A stretch of DNA of 64,000 bases from a virus: IMG/VR virus record IMGVR_UViG_3300004805_000006, positions 1 through 64,000 of that record; one strand, given 5' to 3'. The notes beneath the pieces were generated by a model, which saw only the letters and a list, made by a program, of their open reading frames with translations, did not search any database and had not been told where the DNA came from. The position numbers and the translations under genes are program-made. Shown in pieces: positions 1-8,777 of this stretch (positions within the stretch are counted from its first letter, which is position 1; each line of letters opens with the position of its first letter).

Positions 1-117
1 CTACAGCAATGTAGCGTTAAAAAGGGTAAATGGCGAGTTATTCCCTTCTCGCCAACTTTAAAAAAAGGCTTACATCCCCTACCCTAAAGGGATAGGGGTT
101 TTACGCCATTCTTATAA
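1..117. mobile_element. Probable end of an IS200/IS605-type (tnpB/iscB) element, running off the window
   Basis: Subterminal hairpin CCCCTACCC-TAAA-GGGATAGGGG flanked by GGCTTACAT/TTTTACGCC resembles IS200/IS605 end palindromes; a second hairpin TGGCGAG..CTCGCCA lies upstream; no transposase gene visible. Confidence 0.5.
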
Positions 118-119
118 AT

Positions 120-278
120 CCGATAAGTTCTGGAGTAATCGGAAAACTTGATCACGTCCTGTTCAATAGTTCAGGTTAAAAGTAGTTGGGAGAGACCCAA
201 TGTCTCCAGTAATGGAAGAACGTAAAAACAGTGATCAACCTCTTATATCCCCCTTCAACGAAAGTTGTTGGGGGATTT
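120..278 (+). ncRNA. Structured RNA fragment of unknown class
   Basis: CCGAT/ATCGG; TTGATCAC/GTGATCAA enclosing CCTG/CAGG, TTGGG/CCCAA and TCCA-GTAA-TGGA; then TCCCC..CAAC-GAAA-GTTG..GGGGA. Confidence 0.45.
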
Positions 279-296
279 CTATCCTAAGGAGTAGAA

Positions 297-458
297 ATGA
301 ATAGCAAATGGAATTGTACTATGTATAATGAAGTCGATGATAGTGTATGTTGCGTAGGATATTGTAAATTAGATAACATGAAATGTAATCGTCTATTGTG
401 GAGCTGTAAACAATATATAGAACCTGGTAAAACATTTAAAAACAAAAAAAAATACTAA
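297..458 (+). CDS. Small Cys-rich hypothetical protein (53 aa)
   Basis: AAGGAG RBS then MNSKWNCTMYNEVDDSVCCVGYC...; below the ORF-track cutoff. Confidence 0.55.
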   Translation: MNSKWNCTMYNEVDDSVCCVGYCKLDNMKCNRLLWSCKQYIEPGKTFKNKKKY

Positions 459-479
459 AATTTTAGAGAGATATAAATC

Positions 480-1238
480 ATGAGAATATTTAGTAAATAC
501 CACGACTATTATGACACGGCATTAGGTTATGGTATAGACCCGTCAATCATATACGAAAGAAAAGATGAAGATATAACTGACCTATATTCCAAACAACCAT
601 TTTTGTATGATAAACTATCAAAAATTTATAGTAAAGTATTTGATTTTAATGCCTCAAGAATTGATAATGAAGAACTACAAGTACTTTCGAAAAACTTAAT
701 TATTTTTTGTGGTAAAATATACTCGTGTATTGAGGTAGTATACAAAATTAAAAATACAAATAAAACCATAGAAAAATCTATAGAAAGTACTACAGAATTT
801 GTTTACACATATGAAGCATTTAACAAAATTATTACCAACTATACTAAAATAAATTTAGAAAAAAATTTATCTGATTATTTCTCATACAATATGAGTAATA
901 TGTCAGCTGAAAAAAGATTCAAATTATTATTTGAAAAACAAGGAATTGAATCAAAAGATGCTACTGATCTTCACTTTAAATTAGATTCACCATTAATAGT
1001 AATGATTAGAAATACCTCCAGTAAAAATGGAAAAATATTTACCATACACAAAAATAGTTGTCTAAAAAATATAGAGTTTTATAAAATTGTTAGTCCATTT
1101 GAAGCCTTTCAAGAACTATCAATGTTCATAGGTGGTATTATGGGTGGTAAATCACCTATAATGATTGAAGTATCTGATAAAGACCGTATAGCTAAACATG
1201 GATTTGATAAATTCTCTTTTAGAAAGGATAAAAAATAA
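480..1238 (+). CDS. Hypothetical phage protein
   Basis: 252-aa ORF; MRIFSKYHDYYD start and KHGFDKFSFRK end resemble a conserved phage family. Confidence 0.75.
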   Translation: MRIFSKYHDYYDTALGYGIDPSIIYERKDEDITDLYSKQPFLYDKLSKIYSKVFDFNASRIDNEELQVLSKNLIIFCGKIYSCIEVVYKIKNTNKTIEKSIESTTEFVYTYEAFNKIITNYTKINLEKNLSDYFSYNMSNMSAEKRFKLLFEKQGIESKDATDLHFKLDSPLIVMIRNTSSKNGKIFTIHKNSCLKNIEFYKIVSPFEAFQELSMFIGGIMGGKSPIMIEVSDKDRIAKHGFDKFSFRKDKK

Positions 1239-1240
1239 AA

Positions 1241-1313
1241 CGCTCATGTAGTGAAACCTGGTATCACGAATACTTTGGGAGTATTAATAGCCGTTCAAAT
1301 CGGACATGGGCGA
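1241..1313 (+). tRNA. tRNA-Pro(TGG)
   Basis: Acceptor CGCTCAT/ATGGGCG; anticodon arm AATAC-TT TGG GA-GTATT; T arm CCG-TTCAAAT-CGG. Confidence 0.85.
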
Positions 1314-1341
1314 AAGTTAACATATATTATGGGGGTGCCAA

Positions 1342-2238
1342 CTGGAAAAACAAAATAAAAATTTGCATGATGCAAAACTAAATAAAAATGATGAATTCTA
1401 TACAAGAATGACTGATATTGAAAAAGAATTATCTCATTATGATAAATACTTTAAAGATAAAAAAGTATTTTGTAATTGCGATGACCCTAGTTATTCTAAC
1501 TTTGTTAGATATTTTGCCCTTAATTTTGAATTTTTAGGTATAAAAAAACTTATTAGCACTCATTATGAAAATGATATACCATCCTATAAAATTGAAATAG
1601 AACATAAAATAGAGGATATAAATGAGTTTGATAATGTTGAACACCTTTATTTAGCAGAAAATGGTGACTTTAGAAGTCCAGAAAGCATAGAATTATTAAA
1701 AAAATCAGATGTGGTTGTAACAAATCCACCATTTTCACTGTTTAGAAAATATGTAGCTCAATTAATTGAATATAAAAAAAAATTTTTGATTGTCGGAAGT
1801 TATAATGCTGTAACCTATAAAGAAATCTTTCCTTTAATTAAGGATAATAAGATATGGATAGGTCATAATTCTATAAAAGAATTTACAGCATACAATGGAG
1901 AAACTAAAAAATTTGGTAATATTATATGGTATACTAATATAACACATAAAAAAAGAAATGAAAAACTTACTTTATTTAGAAATTACTATGGAAATGAGAT
2001 AAGTTATCCTAAGTATGATAATTACGATGCTATAGAAGTTAATAAAGTTGCGGATATTCCAAAAGATTATTATGGGGTTATGGGTGTACCAATTACTTTT
2101 CTTGATAAATACAATCCTAAACAATTTGAGATTTTAGGAGACAGTAGATATATTACAGGGGAATGTAATGATATAAATATTATTAATGGTGTGATAAAAT
2201 ATCGAAGAATTATGATAAAAAGAAAGGATGGTAAATGA
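1342..2238 (+). CDS. EcoRI-family adenine-specific DNA methyltransferase
   Basis: KNDEFYT, CNCDDP, GDFRS, TNPPFSLFR and GVMGVPITF motifs; probable in-frame CTG start at 1342 after GGGGGTG (track start 1363). Confidence 0.9.
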   Translation: MEKQNKNLHDAKLNKNDEFYTRMTDIEKELSHYDKYFKDKKVFCNCDDPSYSNFVRYFALNFEFLGIKKLISTHYENDIPSYKIEIEHKIEDINEFDNVEHLYLAENGDFRSPESIELLKKSDVVVTNPPFSLFRKYVAQLIEYKKKFLIVGSYNAVTYKEIFPLIKDNKIWIGHNSIKEFTAYNGETKKFGNIIWYTNITHKKRNEKLTLFRNYYGNEISYPKYDNYDAIEVNKVADIPKDYYGVMGVPITFLDKYNPKQFEILGDSRYITGECNDINIINGVIKYRRIMIKRKDGK

Positions 2239-2551
2239 AAATAAAGGCAAATTTATGAATAGAATAGAAATAGAAATAGGTAATAAAGTAACTCCAGTAA
2301 CACCGGCAGGATTATGTTTATCTTCTGTTCCAACTACAGGTAAATATAAGCAGAAATATGATACTACTTGTGTGTTTACTGGAGTAGGTACAGTACTGCG
2401 ATGTATAGCTACTGTAATTAACTATGATAATTGGGATGATGGATATGTTGGACTTGGAAAAGTTCTATATGTAAACTGTTTTATAAAGTGTGATATGGGT
2501 GTTGGATGGGCTGGAGAAGGAGCATTAAGAAAGGTAGATTTATATGAGTAG
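2228..2551 (+). CDS. Hypothetical protein
   Basis: ORF coupled to both neighbours. Confidence 0.6.
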   Translation: MVNENKGKFMNRIEIEIGNKVTPVTPAGLCLSSVPTTGKYKQKYDTTCVFTGVGTVLRCIATVINYDNWDDGYVGLGKVLYVNCFIKCDMGVGWAGEGALRKVDLYE

Positions 2552-2933
2552 ATACAAAGTAATATCTTTACCATCGTTTTTGGCTATAGAAGATGAAGTT
2601 CACTTTTATATGTTCAATAATCTAACTTCAAAGATAAAGATAGAATCTATTTTTAACCGCCACGGAATGTATTTTGATAGAAAAAGTAATGTATGTTGGG
2701 TAGAAACTAAATTTGGTTGCTGGATTATTGGTAATAGCAAACATTTTAAGTGTGAACTTGACTACCAAACATCCAATGATTATATTCTACCTAACAAAGT
2801 AATAACAGCTTTTAAACTATTAGAAAAGCATAATATACTACCATCAGAGTTAATAGCTAAATGGTATAGACATACCATTGCAGTAGAATTAAAAAAATCT
2901 TATTTAAGATCCAAATTACATTTTAATTGGTAA
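2544..2933 (+). CDS. Hypothetical protein
   Basis: ORF overlapping the upstream stop. Confidence 0.6.
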   Translation: MSRYKVISLPSFLAIEDEVHFYMFNNLTSKIKIESIFNRHGMYFDRKSNVCWVETKFGCWIIGNSKHFKCELDYQTSNDYILPNKVITAFKLLEKHNILPSELIAKWYRHTIAVELKKSYLRSKLHFNW

Positions 2934-2940
2934 TAAATAT

Positions 2941-3013
2941 GCCACTTTAGCTAAAATAGTATAGCAAACAACTTATAATTGTTAGGATCGGAGTGCAAAT
3001 CTCTGAAGTGGCA
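2941..3013 (+). tRNA. tRNA-Ile(TAT)
   Basis: Acceptor GCCACTT/AAGTGGC; anticodon arm AACAA-CT TAT AA-TTGTT; T loop TGCAAAT. Confidence 0.85.
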
Positions 3014-3046
3014 CATAAATTTTATAGAGGTTAGTTAAATATCAAT

Positions 3047-3130
3047 GCCAGGATAATGGAATCGCAGACATTCAAGACTTAAAATCTTGTGGGAATTATT
3101 CCCGTGCGGGTTCAAGTCCCGCTCCTGGTA
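3047..3130 (+). tRNA. tRNA-Leu(TAA)
   Basis: GCCAGGA/TCCTGGT; CAAGA-CT TAA AA-TCTTG; long variable arm GGGAA/TTCCC; GCGGG-TTCAAGT-CCCGC. Confidence 0.92.
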
Positions 3131-3176
3131 CAAGAGTTTTTATGTTGTTCAAAAGATGGGTTGGAGGTGGTGTTAT

Positions 3177-3554
3177 ATGAAAAAATTAATTTTTATTTTA
3201 TTATTAATACCATCTCTTATCTATGCTTTAGACTTTGGTATGGACAAATCAGTCATCAGTTTTAAATCATCATCCTCAATAACAGATGAGGAATACGATA
3301 ATATAAAACAGTTACTATCAAGTGGACATATTTATACAATAAGAGTTGGAAAAGAAGCTGATAAATATCGTATAAATGATATACTAGATTCTGATGTAGG
3401 TATTAAATTAAAAATTATCAGCGTCAAAAGAATAAAAAATATAAAAGAATACAGATTTTATGATAATCTATCATCAGAATTAATAGACTATCTAAATAGG
3501 TTTGATAAAATAGATATTCTTAAACTAGAAAAAGTTAAGGACAAAGATATATGA
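3177..3554 (+). CDS. Hypothetical secreted protein
   Basis: GGAGGT RBS, signal-peptide-like MKKLIFILLLIPSLIYA; the track start at 3087 overlaps the tRNA. Confidence 0.7.
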   Translation: MKKLIFILLLIPSLIYALDFGMDKSVISFKSSSSITDEEYDNIKQLLSSGHIYTIRVGKEADKYRINDILDSDVGIKLKIISVKRIKNIKEYRFYDNLSSELIDYLNRFDKIDILKLEKVKDKDI

Positions 3555-3790
3555 AAAGTTTATATCATGATAAAGATGAAACCTATTTGGATGATGCCCG
3601 TAATTTAGAAGAAGAAACTGCAAATGCAATTCAACCAATTCTAGAAAAATATGCTGCCATGAATTACCCAGTTCGTCAAATTTCACAAGTAATGACTTGG
3701 GCAGTAGAGATGGTTGAAGGAATATTTATTATGGAAAGGAATGGAAAGGTACAAAAACATGACAGAAACAAAGACATCATTAATGCTTGA
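3551..3790 (+). CDS. Hypothetical protein
   Basis: ATGA-coupled ORF. Confidence 0.6.
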   Translation: MKSLYHDKDETYLDDARNLEEETANAIQPILEKYAAMNYPVRQISQVMTWAVEMVEGIFIMERNGKVQKHDRNKDIINA

Positions 3791-4652
3791 TACAGAAAAA
3801 TTTATGGTGGGATATAACTCTGCTTCATATAATGTAACTTATGAAGTATTCAAATCTGATATTGATACAACAGAAATACCTACTATTAAAGCCCATAGGT
3901 TATATAAACAAAGGGTAATTAAAGAAGCTCAGTCATGTTTTTCAGGATTTGTTAGTAGTTATTTGTCATACACTACAACAAATAAAGTAAGTCCAAATAG
4001 ATTACGTTTTTTCTGTAACTATCAAAAACATGACAAGAAAAATACCCACTTAACAAAAGATGAAATAGAATTTTGGGTAGAATTATGCAAACAAAATAAA
4101 TTGATGCCTGAAAATATCGGTAAAAATTTTATAGAGAACGGTATTTATGACATACATTTTGAAGATATTTCTATGGATATGATGTATGTTTATCTTTGCG
4201 CGGCTAGATATCTTCAAGAAGAGCCATTCTTTGTAAGAGGTATCATACACTTAATTAAAGATAATGGACTAGGATTTTTTACAGCATTTGGAATAGCCTC
4301 TTACTATTTAATAACTAATGCTGCTCATCATATACTTCCTATATCCAGGGATTATAGAGCTTGTATGTATGTACGTTCAAAAAGTATAAATGCTCCCAAA
4401 AAAGGAGATTTTGGTAGTTCTTTTGACTTAATTTATATTCCAAGATTAGTAAATTTCTTATATGGTGGTGACGCAGGTAAGCATATCAAAAATATAGCAG
4501 TAATTAAACACGCTACTTATAGTTTACATTGTAATATGAAATTTTATTGGGATAAAAATTACCCTACAACTTATATTGTTAATAGGGAAGACTTGACAAA
4601 CACTGATTTAGAACCTATGTTAAAAGCTGGAGAGTTTGCAAAACCAGTGTAA
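3714..4652 (+). CDS. Hypothetical protein (true start probably ~3759-3783)
   Basis: Long ORF with no confidently recognised motif. Confidence 0.7.
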   Translation: MKEYLLWKGMERYKNMTETKTSLMLDTEKFMVGYNSASYNVTYEVFKSDIDTTEIPTIKAHRLYKQRVIKEAQSCFSGFVSSYLSYTTTNKVSPNRLRFFCNYQKHDKKNTHLTKDEIEFWVELCKQNKLMPENIGKNFIENGIYDIHFEDISMDMMYVYLCAARYLQEEPFFVRGIIHLIKDNGLGFFTAFGIASYYLITNAAHHILPISRDYRACMYVRSKSINAPKKGDFGSSFDLIYIPRLVNFLYGGDAGKHIKNIAVIKHATYSLHCNMKFYWDKNYPTTYIVNREDLTNTDLEPMLKAGEFAKPV

Positions 4653-4660
4653 ATTTTTTA

Positions 4661-4733
4661 GTCTCTGTAGCTCAGTGAATAGAGCAAAAAACTTCTAATT
4701 TTTAGGTCGCAAGTTTGAATCTTGCCAGAGACA
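4661..4733 (+). tRNA. tRNA-Arg(TCT)
   Basis: GTCTCTG/CAGAGAC; AAAAA-CT TCT AA-TTTTT; GCAAG-TTTGAAT-CTTGC. Confidence 0.9.
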
Positions 4734-4753
4734 CAAGAAAGGAAAATTAAATA

Positions 4754-4996
4754 ATGAAAACATTGAAATGCCATGAAATTAGTAAAGGAATGAGAGTAGT
4801 ATTAACTGCACCTGATAATAGTTATAATATTAATGAAACTAATCCAGAAGTTGGTACAGCGTGGGAATGTATAGGCACTGTAGCATCCTGTAGTAGTGGT
4901 AGTATTAGTGTTGTATGGGATAATGGATGTTCTAATTCTTACAAAGATAATGAACTTTCTGCATCGTATGAAGGAAGATGTAAATCAATTTGGTAA
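4754..4996 (+). CDS. Hypothetical protein (SH3-like, V.WDNG motif)
   Basis: GMRVV...GTV...ISVVWDNG..NSY. Confidence 0.6.
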   Translation: MKTLKCHEISKGMRVVLTAPDNSYNINETNPEVGTAWECIGTVASCSSGSISVVWDNGCSNSYKDNELSASYEGRCKSIW

Positions 4997-5382
4997 AGGA
5001 GTATTCTATGTTTTATACTAGGAAAGATAAAGAAAAATATGAAGACCTACAAAAATATTCAAATGTTTTGGAATTAGAATATGATAAAATTAAAAAAAAA
5101 TCTTATGGTTATAATTATAATGGAGAAAAAAGTCTACAAGAATATTCCAAGGAAATAGGATTAGACTATGTTCTTTCTGTTGAAGAATTAATCGACTCTC
5201 ATAGAAATTTACGTAATTCTAATATTAAAAACCTTACTGAATTTAGAGCTGTATCAGAAGAGTATAGAAAAAGAGGTTACGAGGAAGGTTATGTAAACGT
5301 AATCAATAGAGAATTTATCTCGTTTGAAAATTTGAAAAAAATGAATGTTAAAGAATTTGCTGATCACTTATGTGATTATTAA
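4990..5382 (+). CDS. Hypothetical protein (probable start MFY at 5008)
   Basis: AAGGAG RBS before the internal ATG. Confidence 0.6.
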   Translation: MVKEYSMFYTRKDKEKYEDLQKYSNVLELEYDKIKKKSYGYNYNGEKSLQEYSKEIGLDYVLSVEELIDSHRNLRNSNIKNLTEFRAVSEEYRKRGYEEGYVNVINREFISFENLKKMNVKEFADHLCDY

Positions 5383-5415
5383 AAAAATATCTCTCTAAAA
5401 AAGGAGAAGTGAACT

Positions 5416-7008
5416 ATGGATACAAATCAAGGTGAAATTGAATCTCATATTAATTTTATGGGTGCTCAATCATATGATATTAATTCTCCCATTCTAAAAT
5501 TAATTTGTATATCCTCATCATCTTTCTTTGGTGAGCCGATGTATTATAAAGGAATGAAACCAAAAAATAAACATAGTAGGAATTCAAGTAGAAATAGTCT
5601 TAGTAATGGTCAACGAGATTATTTACGTGCTACTTTAAATGCTATAGATAACTACGAGTGGAGAAATCTTTTACCAGAAGAAGCAATGGAAAAAGCTATA
5701 GATGAGGCTCTGGATTACGATCCAGAAACTACTCTCCAATGGGCTGTAACTTTGCGCAACGAAGAATTTATTCGTGCAACTCCACAAGTAATATTAATTC
5801 GTGCGGCCAATCATCCTAAGGTCCGTGGTACTGGTTTAATTAGAAAGTATGCAGCTTTGATTACTGGGCGTTTAGATGAGCCGGCAGTTCAACTCGCCTA
5901 TCAGCTGTCAGCTTTTGGAAAACCAGTTCCAAATGCTATGAAGCGTGCTTGGATGGACATTTTATCTAGTGCTAATGAGTATCAATTAGCAAAGTATAGA
6001 ATGGAGGATCGTGTTGTGAAGACTGTTGATGTAGCTAACATGGCAATGGGTAAAGGGTTCTACGGGTATAATTCACCAATTGGTAAACTCATGCGTAGAG
6101 AGTTAAAATTGGGTGATGATATTAAAACTTGGGAATCTATTCGTTCTAGTGGTGGCTCATGGGAAGAAGCAATAGAGGTTATGGGTCATATGGCTCTTCT
6201 TCGCAACATTAGAAATTTTGTAGAGGCAAAAGTTCCACCCAAATTGTGGATTAAAAAATTAACATCAACTGCAGAAAAGGGAAAACAACTTCCGTTCCGC
6301 TATTTATCTGCATATAGTGCCAATAGAAGTGCTTCTGGTTTTGTTCTAGATGCCATAGAAGAGTGTCTTGAAATATCATTAAACAACCTTCCTGTATTAA
6401 ATGGCAGATCTTTAGTACTTACAGACAATTCTGGTTCGACACATGGTGCGCCTATCTCAGAATTAAGTTCTATGACTGTAGCTCAGATTGGAAATTTAAT
6501 GGGAGTTCTAACTGGACGCATATCTGATGATGGTGTTTTAGGTATTTTCGGAGATAGGTTAGAATATATTCCTATACGAAAAAAATCATCAATTATGGAT
6601 CAAACAAAGCATGCCAATAAGATTGGACATAGTGTTGGCGGAAGTACTGAGCATGGTATTTGGTTAGCTTTGGATAATGCAATTAGTAACAAGGAACATT
6701 GGGATAATATTTTTATTTATTCTGATATGCAAGCTGGGCATGGCGGTCTTTATGGTAGAGGACATGGTGAGTACAAAGATTATATTTGGGGAAAATCTAG
6801 TGCTAACATTGATGTTCCTCTACTTATCAGCGAGTATAGAGCCAAAATTAACTCTAAAGTTAATGTATTTCTTGTTCAAATAGCTGGTTATGAGGACACT
6901 ATACTTCCAGAATTTTATAATAGAACATTTATTATAGGTGGGTGGTCTGGGAGCATACTTAAGTTTGCAAAGCGTATGATTGATACGGCAAATCAGTTCA
7001 ACAAATAA
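5416..7008 (+). CDS. rsr: Ro60/TROVE-domain RNA-binding protein with C-terminal vWA
   Basis: INFMG, FFGEPMYY, YQLAKY, TWES, MGHMALLRNIRN, KQLPFRYLSAY, vWA DNSGS, SDMQ, GGWS. Confidence 0.92.
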   Translation: MDTNQGEIESHINFMGAQSYDINSPILKLICISSSSFFGEPMYYKGMKPKNKHSRNSSRNSLSNGQRDYLRATLNAIDNYEWRNLLPEEAMEKAIDEALDYDPETTLQWAVTLRNEEFIRATPQVILIRAANHPKVRGTGLIRKYAALITGRLDEPAVQLAYQLSAFGKPVPNAMKRAWMDILSSANEYQLAKYRMEDRVVKTVDVANMAMGKGFYGYNSPIGKLMRRELKLGDDIKTWESIRSSGGSWEEAIEVMGHMALLRNIRNFVEAKVPPKLWIKKLTSTAEKGKQLPFRYLSAYSANRSASGFVLDAIEECLEISLNNLPVLNGRSLVLTDNSGSTHGAPISELSSMTVAQIGNLMGVLTGRISDDGVLGIFGDRLEYIPIRKKSSIMDQTKHANKIGHSVGGSTEHGIWLALDNAISNKEHWDNIFIYSDMQAGHGGLYGRGHGEYKDYIWGKSSANIDVPLLISEYRAKINSKVNVFLVQIAGYEDTILPEFYNRTFIIGGWSGSILKFAKRMIDTANQFNK

Positions 7009-7016
7009 CATATTAC

Positions 7017-7049
7017 TACACGTCTGACAATTCTAAAATCAGGCGTGTA
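7017..7049 (+). terminator. Hairpin after the TROVE gene
   Basis: TACACGTCTGA / TCAGGCGTGTA inverted repeat. Confidence 0.5.
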
Positions 7050-7077
7050 TGAATTAATTTTTAGTTAATAAATAGTT

Positions 7078-7237
7078 ATGTAATCGACTTTAAAACTCGT
7101 TTATATAAATCACTATAAGAAATTTTAAATATTCTGAATCAATTAACTAGTAGGTTGTTAGCGTCTAACGCGGTGGAAGGTAGGAATATTATAAACAACA
7201 GAAAGTAACAATTCAGATAATTCTTTAGTGGTTGCAT
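7078..7237 (+). ncRNA. Candidate structured RNA (Y-RNA-like long stem)
   Basis: Nested pairings ATGTAATC/GGTTGCAT, CACTA-AAGAA/TTCTT-TAGTG, TCTGAAT/ATTCAGA. Confidence 0.4.
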
Positions 7238-7511
7238 GTTTATATGTCATATTGTAAAGTGGTAATTTAGTACGTTTTTAAATTAATACTATGTATTTAC
7301 AAAATATATTTATGCTGTATAGCCTTTATTAACTTGAGCTGGTAGAAAAATTTAATTATATCCAATTATTATTAACATTAAATAATAATATTAAATTTAT
7401 TTGGGCACGCAAAAAAAGTTATAACTGGTATATTATTCATAAGTATGTTGTAATGTTATGTAGATCATTTAAAAATAGGAAGTGTTACCAATAATTGTGT
7501 AGTACGCAGCA

Positions 7512-7628
7512 ATATGTTAGATACAAACTTTATAGCATATACCAGGACTAAATGCATCTTTCAAAAAATAATATTGAAAGACTAAATAAGGTTCGAATCC
7601 TTATAAAAGTAAAGTATCTTATACATAT
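7512..7628 (+). ncRNA. YrlA-like tRNA-mimic Y RNA candidate
   Basis: Interrupted closing stem AGATAC/GTATCT and ACTTT/AAAGT enclosing a D-like arm (TAGCAT..GG..ATGC), TCTTTCAA/TTGAAAGA and a T arm ATAAGG-TTCGAAT-CCTTAT; downstream of Ro60. Confidence 0.6.
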
Positions 7629-7647
7629 AAACATGTTAGTGTTTATA

Positions 7648-7789
7648 GGTGGAGTACGACAGAGCATATGGCTACCAGATACACGATAATAATCATGCAT
7701 TGATAATTATTCTCTATTGGCAAGCATAGTAAGTTCTCAATAAGGGTCGTAGTAGTTTCAAGACTGGGGTTCAATTCCTCGCTCCACTA
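7648..7789 (+). ncRNA. tRNA-like RNA: acceptor stem + T arm joined by one long hairpin
   Basis: GGTGGAG/CTCCACT-A; GAC-TGGGG-TTCAATT-CCTCG; inner TACGAC/GTCGTA and AGAGC/GTTCT. Confidence 0.6.
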
Positions 7790-7803
7790 ACGGAGGTAGT
7801 ATT

Positions 7804-8433
7804 ATGTTTTATAAATATCCTAGAACACCACACTTACCATGGTCTCCTGGAAAAAGTAATGATGATCGCGTACTTAGTGATACTAATCACTTTAACAATA
7901 AAGAATTAGTTGCCTCAATTAAACTTGATGGAGAAAATACTTCCATATATTCGACACATATTCATGCTAGGTCTACTGATTCAAAGGATCATGGTTCTCG
8001 TCATTGGGTTAAAGCTTTTTCTCATAGTATAAAACATCTTATTCCTGATGGATGGAGAATATGTGGTGAAAATTTATATGCAAAACATTCTATATACTAT
8101 GAAGATTTATGTAGTTATTTCATAGGATTTTCTGTATGGGATGAAATAAATGTATGTCTTGATTGGCATACTACTATTGAATTTTTTAAAGAATTAAAAA
8201 TAACTCCAGTAACAGTTTTTTCAACTGGTAGTTTAGAAGAAATAAATAAAATATTTAATGAATCATTCAAAGATAAACAAGAAGGATATGTTGTACGTTT
8301 AGCAGATGAATTTAAATATAGTGACTTCGAAAAATCAGTTGCTAAGTATGTTAGAGCTAATCATGTACAAACAAATAAACATTGGATGTACGAGGAGATA
8401 ATACCAAATAAATGTATACAGAAACCTACATAA
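7804..8433 (+). CDS. ATP-dependent RNA ligase family protein
   Basis: KYPRTPHLPWSPG, KLDGEN (motif I), CGENLYAKHSI, EGYVVR, KYVRANHVQT. Confidence 0.9.
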   Translation: MFYKYPRTPHLPWSPGKSNDDRVLSDTNHFNNKELVASIKLDGENTSIYSTHIHARSTDSKDHGSRHWVKAFSHSIKHLIPDGWRICGENLYAKHSIYYEDLCSYFIGFSVWDEINVCLDWHTTIEFFKELKITPVTVFSTGSLEEINKIFNESFKDKQEGYVVRLADEFKYSDFEKSVAKYVRANHVQTNKHWMYEEIIPNKCIQKPT

Positions 8434-8681
8434 CAGGAACTGGACAACGAGTTAGAGTTCATGATAAGAGAAAATGTGATGGTGAATTTTGTTCTATTCA
8501 TAATCCATCAGATCATAAAATGAAAAATTATCCTACAAACTGGAGACAAGATAGATACTTAATGGAGAGGATATGCCCTTGTGGAGTAGGGCATCCTGAT
8601 CCAGATGATCTAGCTTATAAAAGAAAATTTGGTTTACCTGATTCAGAAGGTATTCATGGTTGTTGTGGTTGTTGCTGTTAG
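8412..8681 (+). CDS. Conserved Cys/His-rich phage protein
   Basis: CSIHNPSDH, MERICPCGVGHPDPD, HGCCGCC. Confidence 0.75.
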   Translation: MYTETYITGTGQRVRVHDKRKCDGEFCSIHNPSDHKMKNYPTNWRQDRYLMERICPCGVGHPDPDDLAYKRKFGLPDSEGIHGCCGCCC

Positions 8682-8694
8682 AATTAAATTTTTT

Positions 8695-8777
8695 GGGGGG
8701 TTATACCGTAGGGGAAGCGGGCGTGGCTGTAGCCCACGCGTCTCACGGCTCGGGTGGTTCGACTCCATCACTCCCCA
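8695..8777 (+). tRNA. tRNA-Tyr(GTA)
   Basis: GGGGGGT/ACTCCCC; CGTGG-CT GTA GC-CCACG; variable arm; GGTGG-TTCGACT-CCATC. Confidence 0.9.
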
